IMG/VR virus record: IMGVR_UViG_3300033076_000478
Coordinates: 1-53,856 of that record
Origin: a virus
Lineage: Duplodnaviria > Caudoviricetes
Length of the DNA stretch: 53,856 bases
Reading direction: 5' to 3' (one strand)
Positions 26,394 to 36,185 of the stretch are shown here, one piece after another. The position numbers and the translations under genes were made by a program. Position 1 is the stretch's first letter; the number at the start of each line of letters is the position of its first letter. Under the pieces are notes generated by a model, which was given only the letters and a program-made list of their open reading frames with translations, had not been told where the DNA came from and did no database searches.

Positions 26394-26650
26394 CCGAAGA
26401 CCGCCTTGCCCGCATTGAAACGAAGCTCGACCAGATGGCGGAAGCCATGGTCACCATGGCCCGCATGGAGGAGAGGATGGTCACTCTCTTCAAGCGCATG
26501 GATCGCTACGACGACGCCCAGTCCAAGCTTGAAGGCAAGCTTTTGGCCCTCGAGACGGCGTCCGTCAGCCGTGGCGTGATCGAGAAGATCTTGGACAAGG
26601 GGTTCTGGCTGATCGGCGGGGGGCTGCTGACGTGGTATTTGAAACGCTGA
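26390..26650 (+). CDS. coiled-coil protein with C-terminal TM helix (lysis-associated)
   Basis: RLARIETKLD coil and one hydrophobic C-terminal segment; upstream of the endolysin. Confidence 0.6.
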   Translation: MTEDRLARIETKLDQMAEAMVTMARMEERMVTLFKRMDRYDDAQSKLEGKLLALETASVSRGVIEKILDKGFWLIGGGLLTWYLKR

Positions 26651-26871
26651 TCAGAAAATACGTCCGGGTCAAGTCTGCGACGTTCTGGATCGGTCTGGTG
26701 CCGCTTATTGGCGGCATCATCGAACTGGTGGACGCATTTACCCCAATGGGGTATGCTTCTACACTTTCGTATGCTTTGTTTGGTGACGCCTCCCCGTTCA
26801 TGCTGATTTTGACCGGTGCCGGCACCATCACCATGAGGGCTGCGATTAATCCGATGGGGCACCTGAGATGA
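26632..26871 (+). CDS. putative holin
   Basis: 79 aa with two hydrophobic segments, directly before the endolysin. Confidence 0.6.
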   Translation: MVFETLIRKYVRVKSATFWIGLVPLIGGIIELVDAFTPMGYASTLSYALFGDASPFMLILTGAGTITMRAAINPMGHLR

Positions 26872-27311
26872 GGAAGCGCGCTGCGGCGATTGGGCTTGCC
26901 GTCACCCTGATCACCGGGTTTGAGGGCGTGAAGCTGACGGCCTACCGTGATCCCGTGGGCATCCCCACCGTGTGCATGGGTGAGACCCGGGGCGTGAAGA
27001 TCGGCGATACCTACACGCTGGAGCAGTGCAAAGCCATGGCCGCTGGCCGGGTGGCGGAGTTCGCGGCTGGGGTTGACGCCGCTCTAAAGGTTCCAGTCAG
27101 CGACAAGACTTTTGCGTCATTCGTGTCGTTTTCCTACAATTTGGGCGTCGACGTCTTCGCCAAGAGGATAGCACCCCTTGCGAACGCGGGGAGCCTGACG
27201 CAAGCCTGCCGGAAGATGGGCGAATACGTCTACGCCAAGGGCGTGAGGCTGCCCGGTCTGGTCAACCGTCGTCGCGAGGAGGTCAATCTATGCTTGGAAG
27301 GACTGAGGTAA
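26868..27311 (+). CDS. endolysin, GH24 lysozyme (possible SAR type)
   Basis: FEG....AYRDPVGIPTVCMG (E-x8-D-x5-T triad), GLVNRRREE, hydrophobic N-terminus. Confidence 0.9.
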   Translation: MRKRAAAIGLAVTLITGFEGVKLTAYRDPVGIPTVCMGETRGVKIGDTYTLEQCKAMAAGRVAEFAAGVDAALKVPVSDKTFASFVSFSYNLGVDVFAKRIAPLANAGSLTQACRKMGEYVYAKGVRLPGLVNRRREEVNLCLEGLR

Positions 27312-27577
27312 TCGCGGTCATCATTGGCGTGGCGATCATTTCGACGTTCACCATCGGGTACCGAGAGGGTGCCGCGACATCGAAGGACGCGGTGATCATC
27401 TCCCAAAAAAAGCAGATCGCCGCCGCAGAGCTGGCGTCACGCAAGGAGGCCGAGCGTCTTGCTGCCGAGGCTGACAGGGATGCTTTCGCCCACCAGCTGG
27501 AGGATGCCGCAAATGCTCAGGCCCCGTCTTCTGTTTGCCTTCCTGTGTCTCGCGTCCTGCGTCTCAACCAGCGTTGA
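27290..27577 (+). CDS. i-spanin (Rz-like)
   Basis: N-terminal TM segment plus coiled coil, after the endolysin. Confidence 0.7.
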   Translation: MLGRTEVIAVIIGVAIISTFTIGYREGAATSKDAVIISQKKQIAAAELASRKEAERLAAEADRDAFAHQLEDAANAQAPSSVCLPVSRVLRLNQR

Positions 27578-27761
27578 CCCAGTATCACCGCCGCCCAGCC
27601 TCACATCTCGCTGCGCGGCCCCTGTGACGCTGCCACAGCGCGATCTTACGGATCAGGAAGTGGAAGTGCTATGGGGCAGGGATAGGCGCTCCCTGCGCGC
27701 CTGCGGAAGCCAGTTGGATGGTCTGGCTAATTGGGCTATGATGGCCGCCAGCAAGGGGTGA
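27513..27761 (+). CDS. o-spanin lipoprotein (Rz1-like)
   Basis: GGAGG RBS, signal peptide with LASC lipobox, Pro-rich, overlaps the i-spanin. Confidence 0.75.
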   Translation: MLRPRLLFAFLCLASCVSTSVDPVSPPPSLTSRCAAPVTLPQRDLTDQEVEVLWGRDRRSLRACGSQLDGLANWAMMAASKG

Positions 27762-27765
27762 AGAC

Positions 27766-28506
27766 ATGCCGGGACTGACCTACGACCAATACGTGACCCA
27801 GATCGCCCAGATGGCTGTGGTCAGCCCGACCGATCCGAACTTTCAGGCAATCCTGCCGGCGATGATTGACTATGCGAACCTGAGGATCTGCCGAGATCTG
27901 GACCTCATGTTCACGTCGGTCTCCCTTCACGGCAACGGCTACAAGCTCACAGCTGGCAACAGAAACCTGAGCTTCTCCCAGAACCTGCCGGACGGCTCAT
28001 CGTTTGTGGTCAGCGAACAGCTGAACCTGATCCTGCCGCTTGGCAACTCGGACCCTGACGCGGGTGAACGTGTCCCTCTCCTGCCGACCACCAAGGAGTT
28101 TTTGGACGCCGTTTGCGGATCCGCACTGCCGGCAAACCGGGGTCAGCCCAAATATTTCGCGCCCTTCAACGAGACGCTGTTCTTCGTCGGCCCGGTCCCG
28201 GGTGACGACTATTTTGTTGAGGTGGTGGGCACGATCCGCCCCGCGCCGCCGTCCAGCACAAACCAGACGACCTTCATTGGCCAGTACCTGCCGGATCTCC
28301 TGATCATGGCCTCCATGATCTACATCTCGGCCTACCAGCGGAACTTCGGCAAGGAGAGCGATGACCCGCAGATGGCCATGAGCTACGAGACCCAGTACCA
28401 GCTGTTGCTCAAGTCCGCGTCGGTCGAAGAGGCCCGCAAAAAGTTCGAAGCTGCTGCTTGGTCGTCGCAATCCCCGGCGGCGGCCGCAACCCCGACCCGA
28501 GGCTGA
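27766..28506 (+). CDS. tail adaptor / tubular protein A-like
   Basis: 246 aa; ANLRICRDL, GQPKYFA, GPVP and PDLLIMAS motifs. Confidence 0.6.
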   Translation: MPGLTYDQYVTQIAQMAVVSPTDPNFQAILPAMIDYANLRICRDLDLMFTSVSLHGNGYKLTAGNRNLSFSQNLPDGSSFVVSEQLNLILPLGNSDPDAGERVPLLPTTKEFLDAVCGSALPANRGQPKYFAPFNETLFFVGPVPGDDYFVEVVGTIRPAPPSSTNQTTFIGQYLPDLLIMASMIYISAYQRNFGKESDDPQMAMSYETQYQLLLKSASVEEARKKFEAAAWSSQSPAAAATPTRG

Positions 28507-28509
28507 TCC

Positions 28510-30816
28510 ATGCCCCACGCCAGCCTGAAATTGATCCCCGGTGTTGACGAAAACCGGACGCCGGCCCTGAACGAGGCTGCGATCTCCTACAGCAACTTGA
28601 TCCGGTTCATGCCTGATCGGCAGGGCATCGGGCTGCCGCAAAAGCTGGGCGGCTGGCAGAAGTTCATCCAGTCCCCGCTTCCAGAGACCGTCAGGGCGTT
28701 GCATTCGTGGTCTGACACGAACGACAACCAATATTTGGCGGCCGGGACCATCAAGGCCCTCTACACCAGCTTGGGTCAGGCCGGGATGATTGACCGGTCT
28801 CCCCAGCAATACACCATCGACGTCCCCGTGCTGTTCACCACAAACACGACGCCCGGGACCAGTTCTGACGTCCTGATCGAGGACGACGGATCCAACGTTT
28901 CTTCGTACGATGCAATCTTTTTGGAAACGCCTGTCAGCGTCGGCGGTCTGGTGCTTTCCGGGTTCTACCCATGCATCGCTGAGACCGGCGACAGCTATAA
29001 GATCATCGCCCGGAACATCCTTGGCATCCCTGTCTCAGCCACGTCAGACGTGGTTGGCGGTGGCGCTGTCCCGTCCTTCACGACCACCACTTCCCCACCA
29101 TCTCCCAACGTCGAAGTCACGCTGGCAAACCATGGCTACACCCCGGGTTCGACGTTCACCATTCTGGTGCCGACCGAGGTTGGCGGCCTGACGCTTTACG
29201 GGAATTATCTGGTCCTCGCCCAGCCTGAACCCACCGCCGACACGTTCTACATCTCGGGATCCAGCGCCGCGTCCTCTGCGGACACGGTGGAGATGAACGG
29301 TGGCAATGCGCGCATCACGTACTATATCGGGCAGAAGGCATCCTCGCCTCCGGCCGGGTATGGCTCCGGCTCGTACGGCGCTGGGGCTTACGGCACGGGC
29401 GTCACGTTCAGCGCAGGAAGAACCTACACTGGCGTCTCGATCTCCAGCAGCGGGGGCACCGCCACGGCCGTGCTGGCTGGCATGAACGTGACGGCCGGAT
29501 CGACCGTCCAGATCACCGGCACCACCAGCTTCAATTCGACCTACATCGTGAAGACGTCTTCCGACGGATCCTTCACATTCGCAGCGTCCGGCACCCACAC
29601 CGCGCAGACCGGCACCGTGACGGTGACCGACTGGTATTTCGATATGCCAGACACTGCGCTGCCCGACTGGGCGCTGGACAACTGGGGTGAGTACCTGATC
29701 GCCTCGCCGCACAACGGGGCGATCTATTACTGGAACCCCAGCGCCTCCGACCACTGCAACATCATGCCCTACGCCCCTCTGGTGAACGAGGGGTGCTTTG
29801 TGGCCATGCCAGAGCGGCAGATCGTTGCCTACGGATCGAGCTTCACTGGCGTCAAAGATCCCATGCTGGTCCGGTGGTGCGACATCGGCGACTTCGCGGA
29901 TTGGATCGGCACCGTCACCAATCAGGCTGGCTCTTTCCGCATCCCCAAGGGGTCGAAGATCGTCGGGGGCATGCAGGGGCCGCAGCAGGGCCTGCTGTGG
30001 ACGGACATCGGCGTTTGGTCGATGCAGTATATCAACCAGCCCCTGATCTATTCGTTCAACGAACTTGGCGCGGGCTGTGGGCTTGTCAGCCGCAAGGCAG
30101 CTGGCGTCCTATCCGGCACGGTCTACTGGATGTCGCAAAGCCAGTTCTTCCGCCTGAGCGGCGGCGGCGTGGAGGTTGTGCCTTGCCCGATCTGGGACGT
30201 CATCTTCCAGAACCTCGACTTCGATTACATCGAGAACGTCCGCTGCGCGCCCAACAGCCGCTTCGGCGAGATCTCATGGTACTACCCGACCATCTCCAGC
30301 AAGGGCACGTCCACGGAGGGTCAGCCCAGCCGTTATGTCAAGTACAACGCCATCCTGAACCAGTGGGACTATGGCAGCATGACGCGGACGGCGTGGATCG
30401 ACCAAGGCGTCTTCGGGCCTCCGATGGGCACCGGCAACCGCAACTACGTCCAGCAGCACGAGACGTCTCCTGATGCTGACGGCACCGCCATGCTGTCCAG
30501 CTTCCAGACCGGCTACTTCGCCCTGCAGGAGGGCGACCTGAAGACGTTCGTGGATCAGGTTTGGGCGGACATGAAGTGGGGCGAATGGGCGCAGGACCAG
30601 AATGCCTCCGTCCAGATCACCTTCTACGCGGCGGACTATCCCGGTCAGGATCCTCAGGTATACGGCCCGTACACCGTGACCCAGACCTCGCCGAACTTCG
30701 TCACCCCGCGCCTGCGCGCCAGACTGCTTTCGATCAAGATCAGCAGTTCTGACATCGGGTCGTTCTGGCGTCTCGGCAACATCCGCTACCGCTTCCAGCC
30801 CGACGGGAAATTCTGA
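28510..30816 (+). CDS. tail nozzle / tubular protein B-like
   Basis: 768 aa; KLGGW, DNWGEYL, DPMLVRW, TNQAGS, LLWTD, RTAWID and WRLG motifs. Confidence 0.7.
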   Translation: MPHASLKLIPGVDENRTPALNEAAISYSNLIRFMPDRQGIGLPQKLGGWQKFIQSPLPETVRALHSWSDTNDNQYLAAGTIKALYTSLGQAGMIDRSPQQYTIDVPVLFTTNTTPGTSSDVLIEDDGSNVSSYDAIFLETPVSVGGLVLSGFYPCIAETGDSYKIIARNILGIPVSATSDVVGGGAVPSFTTTTSPPSPNVEVTLANHGYTPGSTFTILVPTEVGGLTLYGNYLVLAQPEPTADTFYISGSSAASSADTVEMNGGNARITYYIGQKASSPPAGYGSGSYGAGAYGTGVTFSAGRTYTGVSISSSGGTATAVLAGMNVTAGSTVQITGTTSFNSTYIVKTSSDGSFTFAASGTHTAQTGTVTVTDWYFDMPDTALPDWALDNWGEYLIASPHNGAIYYWNPSASDHCNIMPYAPLVNEGCFVAMPERQIVAYGSSFTGVKDPMLVRWCDIGDFADWIGTVTNQAGSFRIPKGSKIVGGMQGPQQGLLWTDIGVWSMQYINQPLIYSFNELGAGCGLVSRKAAGVLSGTVYWMSQSQFFRLSGGGVEVVPCPIWDVIFQNLDFDYIENVRCAPNSRFGEISWYYPTISSKGTSTEGQPSRYVKYNAILNQWDYGSMTRTAWIDQGVFGPPMGTGNRNYVQQHETSPDADGTAMLSSFQTGYFALQEGDLKTFVDQVWADMKWGEWAQDQNASVQITFYAADYPGQDPQVYGPYTVTQTSPNFVTPRLRARLLSIKISSSDIGSFWRLGNIRYRFQPDGKF

Positions 30817-31157
30817 TGGCATCGCTCTCTGACATCCTCACAGCTTCCCAGAACATCGTCAAAGCCCTGAGCAACCTCGGGACGACGTTCCTGCAGGTTC
30901 AGGGCGACAAGGTCTCAAACGGCATCTCGGCCGCAACCTCCATCTCCTCCGGGCAGGGCCGTCTTGCCCGGATCTCCGTCATCTCCGCCGGGTCCGCACC
31001 CGGAATGGCGTACGATGCAACATCCGCATCTGCGACCACCAACCCGATCTGTTCGATCCCAAACACGGTCGGCATTGTTGAAGTGAACATGCCGACGAAC
31101 AATGGTATCGTCATCGCGCCGGGCACCGGTCAGGTCGTCACCGTCAGCTACTCGTGA
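30816..31157 (+). CDS. virion structural protein
   Basis: 113 aa, coupled to the upstream stop. Confidence 0.7.
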   Translation: MASLSDILTASQNIVKALSNLGTTFLQVQGDKVSNGISAATSISSGQGRLARISVISAGSAPGMAYDATSASATTNPICSIPNTVGIVEVNMPTNNGIVIAPGTGQVVTVSYS

Positions 31158-31164
31158 GGTCAAA

Positions 31165-32295
31165 ATGCCGCTTGTTCCCGGCTCATCCCAGCAGGCCATC
31201 TCCAGCAATATCGCTGAGCTTGTCCAATCAGGCCACCCGCAGAAGCAGGCCGTTGCGGCCGCGCTGAACATTGCGCGCAAGGGCCGCGCTACCGGTGGAT
31301 CGGTCAAGGTCCACTCCGGGCCGATCCACAGTTCGGTGGCGGGCCGCACCGACCATCTCCCCATGCATGTGGCGTCTGGTTCCTACGTGATCCCGGCCGA
31401 CATCATCTCAGCTATGGGGGAAGGCAACAGCATGGCCGGCTTCAAAGTCGCCAAGGACATCTTCTCAGCGCCAGACCGAACCTCTGGGACGCCATACGGG
31501 GCCGAGGGCATGCCGTACGGCGCAAGCATGCCGCACAAGGCTGGAGGCGGCGCTGCGGACAGCGGACGGGCCGCCAGCGCCCCGGTGTCGACGGCAGGCA
31601 AGGCTGTGTCCTCGCCCGCTGCTGCGCCCACGCCCGCCCACAGCGCCAGCTATGAGGCCAACCAGCGGGCCGCTGCGATGTATGCCAAGCAGGACAACGA
31701 CCGGTGGGGCACGGCTATCCCCAAGGGGCTGCAGGGCTACCTGTCCCAGCCTCAGTCCGCGCCCGCGCAAGGTGGCGGCTACACCGGCCTGTGGGACATG
31801 GTGAACGGTGGCGGCCCGGGTGCAGGCTGGCAGCCGTTTGGCCAGCACCAGCAGGCTGGTGAGGCCGGCAATTCCGGTGGGACTGGTTTCTGGGGTAAGG
31901 CCGCTCCCTTCATCGGCGGCCTTGTGGCAGGGCCTGTCGGCTACATGGCGGGTTCCGCGCTCGGCCAAGGGTACAAGGGCCTTGGCGACATGGTGAACGG
32001 CGGCGGACCCGGGGCCAGCGGCGACACTTTCTCTGGCGGCCTCATGTCCAAGGGGCTGAACGGCGTTGGCGTCAACCCGATTGGAAGCTACGTCCCAAAG
32101 GCCGGCGGGGGCAGTACTGATGGGGTTCCGATTGTCGCGGCTGGCGGAGAATATGTGATCCCGCCCGAGGACGTGACGCACATTGGCGGCGGAGATCTGG
32201 ACCACGGCCACAAGATTTTGGATGCCTTCGTCAAGAAAATGCGCCAAAAGACGATCAAGACCCTGCAGCGGTTGCCGGGTCCAAAAAAGGATTAG
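31165..32295 (+). CDS. putative internal virion protein with duplicated D..P....G.YVIP domain
   Basis: N-terminal ISSNIAEL..SG.PQKQAVAAAL block, two related domains, Gly-rich middle. Confidence 0.7.
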   Translation: MPLVPGSSQQAISSNIAELVQSGHPQKQAVAAALNIARKGRATGGSVKVHSGPIHSSVAGRTDHLPMHVASGSYVIPADIISAMGEGNSMAGFKVAKDIFSAPDRTSGTPYGAEGMPYGASMPHKAGGGAADSGRAASAPVSTAGKAVSSPAAAPTPAHSASYEANQRAAAMYAKQDNDRWGTAIPKGLQGYLSQPQSAPAQGGGYTGLWDMVNGGGPGAGWQPFGQHQQAGEAGNSGGTGFWGKAAPFIGGLVAGPVGYMAGSALGQGYKGLGDMVNGGGPGASGDTFSGGLMSKGLNGVGVNPIGSYVPKAGGGSTDGVPIVAAGGEYVIPPEDVTHIGGGDLDHGHKILDAFVKKMRQKTIKTLQRLPGPKKD

Positions 32296-32296
32296 G

Positions 32297-32782
32297 ATGA
32301 TGGATGACGTGGCGGTTCGGACTGCAGTTCTTGATGATTTCCACGAGGTCATGAGGCTGGCAATCAGCGCCACTGAGGAAAATGCCTTCATCCAGCCTGA
32401 CGTGGGCAAGCTTGCACAGCCCATCTATGGCGTCCTTACCAAGCAGATCCCCGGCATCATTGGTGTCATCGGCCCCGTGGGTGGAAAACTCGAAGCTGCC
32501 ATACTTTTGAACATCGGGGAGATGTGGTACAGTGCCGAGCGCATCATCGAGGAGAAGGCGATCTTTGTTGACGCCGACTTCCGGTCTGCGAAGGGTGGAC
32601 GGGCCAGAAAGCTGGCTGAATTTGCGAAGAGCGTGTCGGACGAGCTGGGGTTGCCACTGTCGATTGGTGTTCTGTCGAATGATCGGACTGAGGCGAAGGT
32701 TCGCCTTTATGCCCGTGTATTCGGCGAACCTGCTGGTGTATACTTCCTCTACGGCGCGAAAACCGGTCTGAAAAAAGGGTAG
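32297..32782 (+). CDS. GNAT-like protein of the ejection module
   Basis: IFVDADFRS..GG.ARKL motif A-like segment, RLYAR. Confidence 0.6.
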   Translation: MMDDVAVRTAVLDDFHEVMRLAISATEENAFIQPDVGKLAQPIYGVLTKQIPGIIGVIGPVGGKLEAAILLNIGEMWYSAERIIEEKAIFVDADFRSAKGGRARKLAEFAKSVSDELGLPLSIGVLSNDRTEAKVRLYARVFGEPAGVYFLYGAKTGLKKG

Positions 32783-32786
32783 TCCG

Positions 32787-35700
32787 ATGGGCGGCAAAAC
32801 GGCAACTTCTTCTTCCTCCGTTAGCATTCCGCCCGAAGTGCTTGCGCGCTACAACTCCATCAATGCCAGAGCGGAGAACGCTGCCAACAACCCGTTCAAG
32901 CGGTATGGCAATCAGGCCTCCGACTTTGTCGCCCAGATCAACCCGCAGCAGATGGCCGGCATCTCTGGCATCAACGCTGCAGCCAATTCGTACCAGCCTT
33001 ACATGTCCTCCGCGCTGACGGCCACGAACGCCGGCATGGGTGCTGCTGACCTTGGCGGGCTGGACATCAACAAGTACCTCTCGCCCTACCTGTCTCAGGT
33101 TCAGGGTTCCACTGCCGCCCTGATGAACCAAGCCAACGAGCAAGCGCAGTCCGGCGCTCTTGGCGCTGCAGCGTCCTCTGGTGCGTTCGGCGGGGACCGG
33201 GCTGGCATCGCCGCCGCCAACCTGAACCAGCAGAACCAGCTGGCTATGGGCAAGACCATGGCCGACATCGCCAATCAGGGCTACAACGTGGCGGCTGGCA
33301 TCGCTCAGGGTCAGCAGGCAGCAGATCTTGCGGCGCGTCAGGCCAACCTTGCCCGGCAGATGCAGGGCGGCGCGCAGCTGGCGGGCCTTGGCGCTCAGAC
33401 GCAGCAGCTTGGCCTGCAGGGCGCTCAGGCGCAGATCGGCGCTGGCACCCTCCAGCAGCAGACCGAGCAGGCCGGCAAGGACGCCATGGTCCAGCAGTTC
33501 ATGCAGGAGCAGGGCTACCCCTTCCAAGTCGCCCAGTTCCTCGCCAACATCGCCATGGGCACCGGGTCTCTGTCTGGATCCACCACGACGTCCACCTCGC
33601 CGCGCAACTGGCTCGGCTTTGCGTCTGGCGGCGGTGTGTCGGGGCCGATGTCGGCCAGTCAGCAGCCCATCGGTGGCGCTGGTTACGTGCCAGAAGGCAA
33701 TCTTCCGGTCGGCGGCCTCATGATCGCAGAAGCCCCGCAGATGGAGAAAAAGGGAAGCTCCATTGGTGACGTCTTGAAGCTCATGCAGGCTGCCGGCGGC
33801 ATGGCTTCCGGCGGCGTTGCCGGAAACCGGAAGGGATATTACGACGGTGGTTTTCCGCGAGGACTGACCTCAAATGGTCCTGAGATGCCCACCGAAGCTT
33901 GGGACACTCCCATCCGCAGCGGAGAGATCCCCACCGGAGAAGAGTGGGACATCGCCAAAAATCGTGGGCTGGCTGCGCGCCCGACGATGCCTGAGACGTG
34001 GCACCCCCAAATGCCCACTGAGGCGTGGGATACCCCCATCCGCAGCGGCCAAACCCCAGCTGGCGGTGTGGTTCCGAATGCAAGGCCCAACCTGAATTTC
34101 GAAGAAGCTTGGGACGTCCCTGTCCGCAGCGGTCAGCCTCCGATGCTGAACTCTCCGCGCCCCATGCCCGGACCCGCTGGTCAGGCGGCCTTGAATTTGG
34201 CAGCCGCTCGTCCGCAGCCGCGTCCTGCCGGTCTCGGCGCTGCTCAAGTTGCGCCCGCACCCACCGCTGATCTCGGCGCTTCTGGATCTGATGTCGTTCC
34301 AGCAAGGCCTTCTTCTGATATGATGGTGGACACCGGCAAAATCCCGTCCGGAAATCTTGCTTCGGCGGTCCCGCTTGACAAACAGCTTGGGTACATGTGG
34401 CAAGAGCTTCAAAGTCCGCAGTATAATCGCTTCCTGAAGAGCCAGTTTGCCACTCCCGGCGATGCCGCTATCTCATTCAGAAGCATTTACGAGGGCGCTG
34501 CCCCTGATGCTGACAGGATGCGTATTTCTTACGCCAACGACGTCTACCGCGCCGCCCAGTCCGGCGACTTGTCCAAGCTTCCCGAAAATGCTCAAACGGC
34601 ATACAACTTCCTGATCCAGCAGGGCGCAACTCCAGTGCAGGCGGCTGGCGCGGTCGGCAACTTGATGGTCGAGAGCTACTCCCGGGTTGACCCCAATGCG
34701 TTCAATCCTGATGACAAGGGCGGCGTATCATTCGGCATCGCTCAATGGCATGATCCGGCTCGGCTGAATGGCCTTTTGGAGTACGCTGGGGTTGATCCTA
34801 GCGTCTTGAGAGGTATGCCCGCTTCAACCCCTGAAGGCCGCTACTATTCCACCGGTGTCGGCTCGAATGATGGTGGCCTTGGCGCGGCCAATATCAACGC
34901 GCCCGCGCAGCAGGGTTCGCCCGGCATCTTCGGATCCTCAAAGCCTTGGGACCAGCGGAACTTCATCGGGAAGTTCTTCCACAACCCCAACGGATCTCTC
35001 AACTCGAACGCCGTCATGGCGCTTCTGAGCGGGCTTGGCCGCGCAGCCGAAGCTCCCACCGTTTCTCCGCTTGGTGCGCTGATTTCCGGTGTTGGCGCTG
35101 GAAGCGACACTTATCGCCAGCTGCAGAAGCAGGCTGCAGACATCGAGCAGACCAAAGCTCAGACCGAGCAGACCAAGATCCAGTCCACCGCCCTGCGCTT
35201 CTTCAAGCCGGAAGGCGGTCAGGCCATGGTCATCCTGCCCAACGGCCAGCCTGTCAGCTACTGGGACTTTATGTCGAACCCCGCCATGCAGTCTCAGTTT
35301 GGTCCGCAGGAGGTTGCATCCGTCAGGGCGCAGGCTGCCGCATCAGGGGTGGCCGCACCGGACGCGCAGCAGCAGGGCGCGGTGTCGAACAACATCTTCT
35401 CCGACAAAACCGGTCAGGCAATCCTTGCCCGGGAAGGCAGCTACACCAACGGGCCAAATTATGACGCCGCAATCGCTCAAAGCGCACAGATCCGCGCTGG
35501 TGTGAATGCTGACGCCACGTCCGCTCTGGGCATGCATGACAATACCGTGGAACAGGTCAGGGCGATCTCCGACTACCTCGCCCAGCCTGCTTCCATGCAG
35601 CCCGGCGCTCTTGGCGAGGCCCGCGCCCAGATCGTGAAGTATGTAAACTCCATGCTGGCCGGCATTCCGGGATTTGGGCCAAACTACTTGGGGAACGCCG

Positions 35701-36182
35701 ATACGGATGCTGATGTGCTGAACAAGATCCGCACCGCAGCCGCCACGGTTGTCGCTCAAGGTGCCGATCAGAGCAGCGCTCAGGCCCTGATGACGATTGC
35801 GAACGGCATGCCCAACGGCAACATCACGCCGGATGCAAACGCGGCGATCATGGCCAATATCCTTGTCCAGCAGCAGAAGGCCATCGACAAGGACCGTCTG
35901 TACGCGGACTATGCAGAGCAGACCCCCGGCAAGACCGTCTTTGGTGCGGCGGAGATGTTCTCCCGCCTCAACGGACGGTACGATGCCGAGCGCGATGCGA
36001 TGCAGCGCCTTGTAAAGATCGGAGGCACACGTTCTGCGGACGGGGGGCACACCGTGATGGAACTGCTGACCTCCGGAACCTTGTCTCCAGAAGAAGCTCA
36101 AGGCCTTATCAGCACAGCGCTCGGCGGCAACGCGCCGGACGGCATGTATCGGTACTTCATCCCGTATCAGGCAGGGGGTTAA
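32787..36182 (+). CDS. ejection/internal virion protein with phage-tail lysozyme domain
   Basis: MGGK start, Gln/Ala-rich GAFGGDR region, AAGAVGNLMVES...GIAQW lysozyme motifs. Confidence 0.75.
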   Translation: MGGKTATSSSSVSIPPEVLARYNSINARAENAANNPFKRYGNQASDFVAQINPQQMAGISGINAAANSYQPYMSSALTATNAGMGAADLGGLDINKYLSPYLSQVQGSTAALMNQANEQAQSGALGAAASSGAFGGDRAGIAAANLNQQNQLAMGKTMADIANQGYNVAAGIAQGQQAADLAARQANLARQMQGGAQLAGLGAQTQQLGLQGAQAQIGAGTLQQQTEQAGKDAMVQQFMQEQGYPFQVAQFLANIAMGTGSLSGSTTTSTSPRNWLGFASGGGVSGPMSASQQPIGGAGYVPEGNLPVGGLMIAEAPQMEKKGSSIGDVLKLMQAAGGMASGGVAGNRKGYYDGGFPRGLTSNGPEMPTEAWDTPIRSGEIPTGEEWDIAKNRGLAARPTMPETWHPQMPTEAWDTPIRSGQTPAGGVVPNARPNLNFEEAWDVPVRSGQPPMLNSPRPMPGPAGQAALNLAAARPQPRPAGLGAAQVAPAPTADLGASGSDVVPARPSSDMMVDTGKIPSGNLASAVPLDKQLGYMWQELQSPQYNRFLKSQFATPGDAAISFRSIYEGAAPDADRMRISYANDVYRAAQSGDLSKLPENAQTAYNFLIQQGATPVQAAGAVGNLMVESYSRVDPNAFNPDDKGGVSFGIAQWHDPARLNGLLEYAGVDPSVLRGMPASTPEGRYYSTGVGSNDGGLGAANINAPAQQGSPGIFGSSKPWDQRNFIGKFFHNPNGSLNSNAVMALLSGLGRAAEAPTVSPLGALISGVGAGSDTYRQLQKQAADIEQTKAQTEQTKIQSTALRFFKPEGGQAMVILPNGQPVSYWDFMSNPAMQSQFGPQEVASVRAQAAASGVAAPDAQQQGAVSNNIFSDKTGQAILAREGSYTNGPNYDAAIAQSAQIRAGVNADATSALGMHDNTVEQVRAISDYLAQPASMQPGALGEARAQIVKYVNSMLAGIPGFGPNYLGNADTDADVLNKIRTAAATVVAQGADQSSAQALMTIANGMPNGNITPDANAAIMANILVQQQKAIDKDRLYADYAEQTPGKTVFGAAEMFSRLNGRYDAERDAMQRLVKIGGTRSADGGHTVMELLTSGTLSPEEAQGLISTALGGNAPDGMYRYFIPYQAGG

Positions 36183-36185
36183 CAT

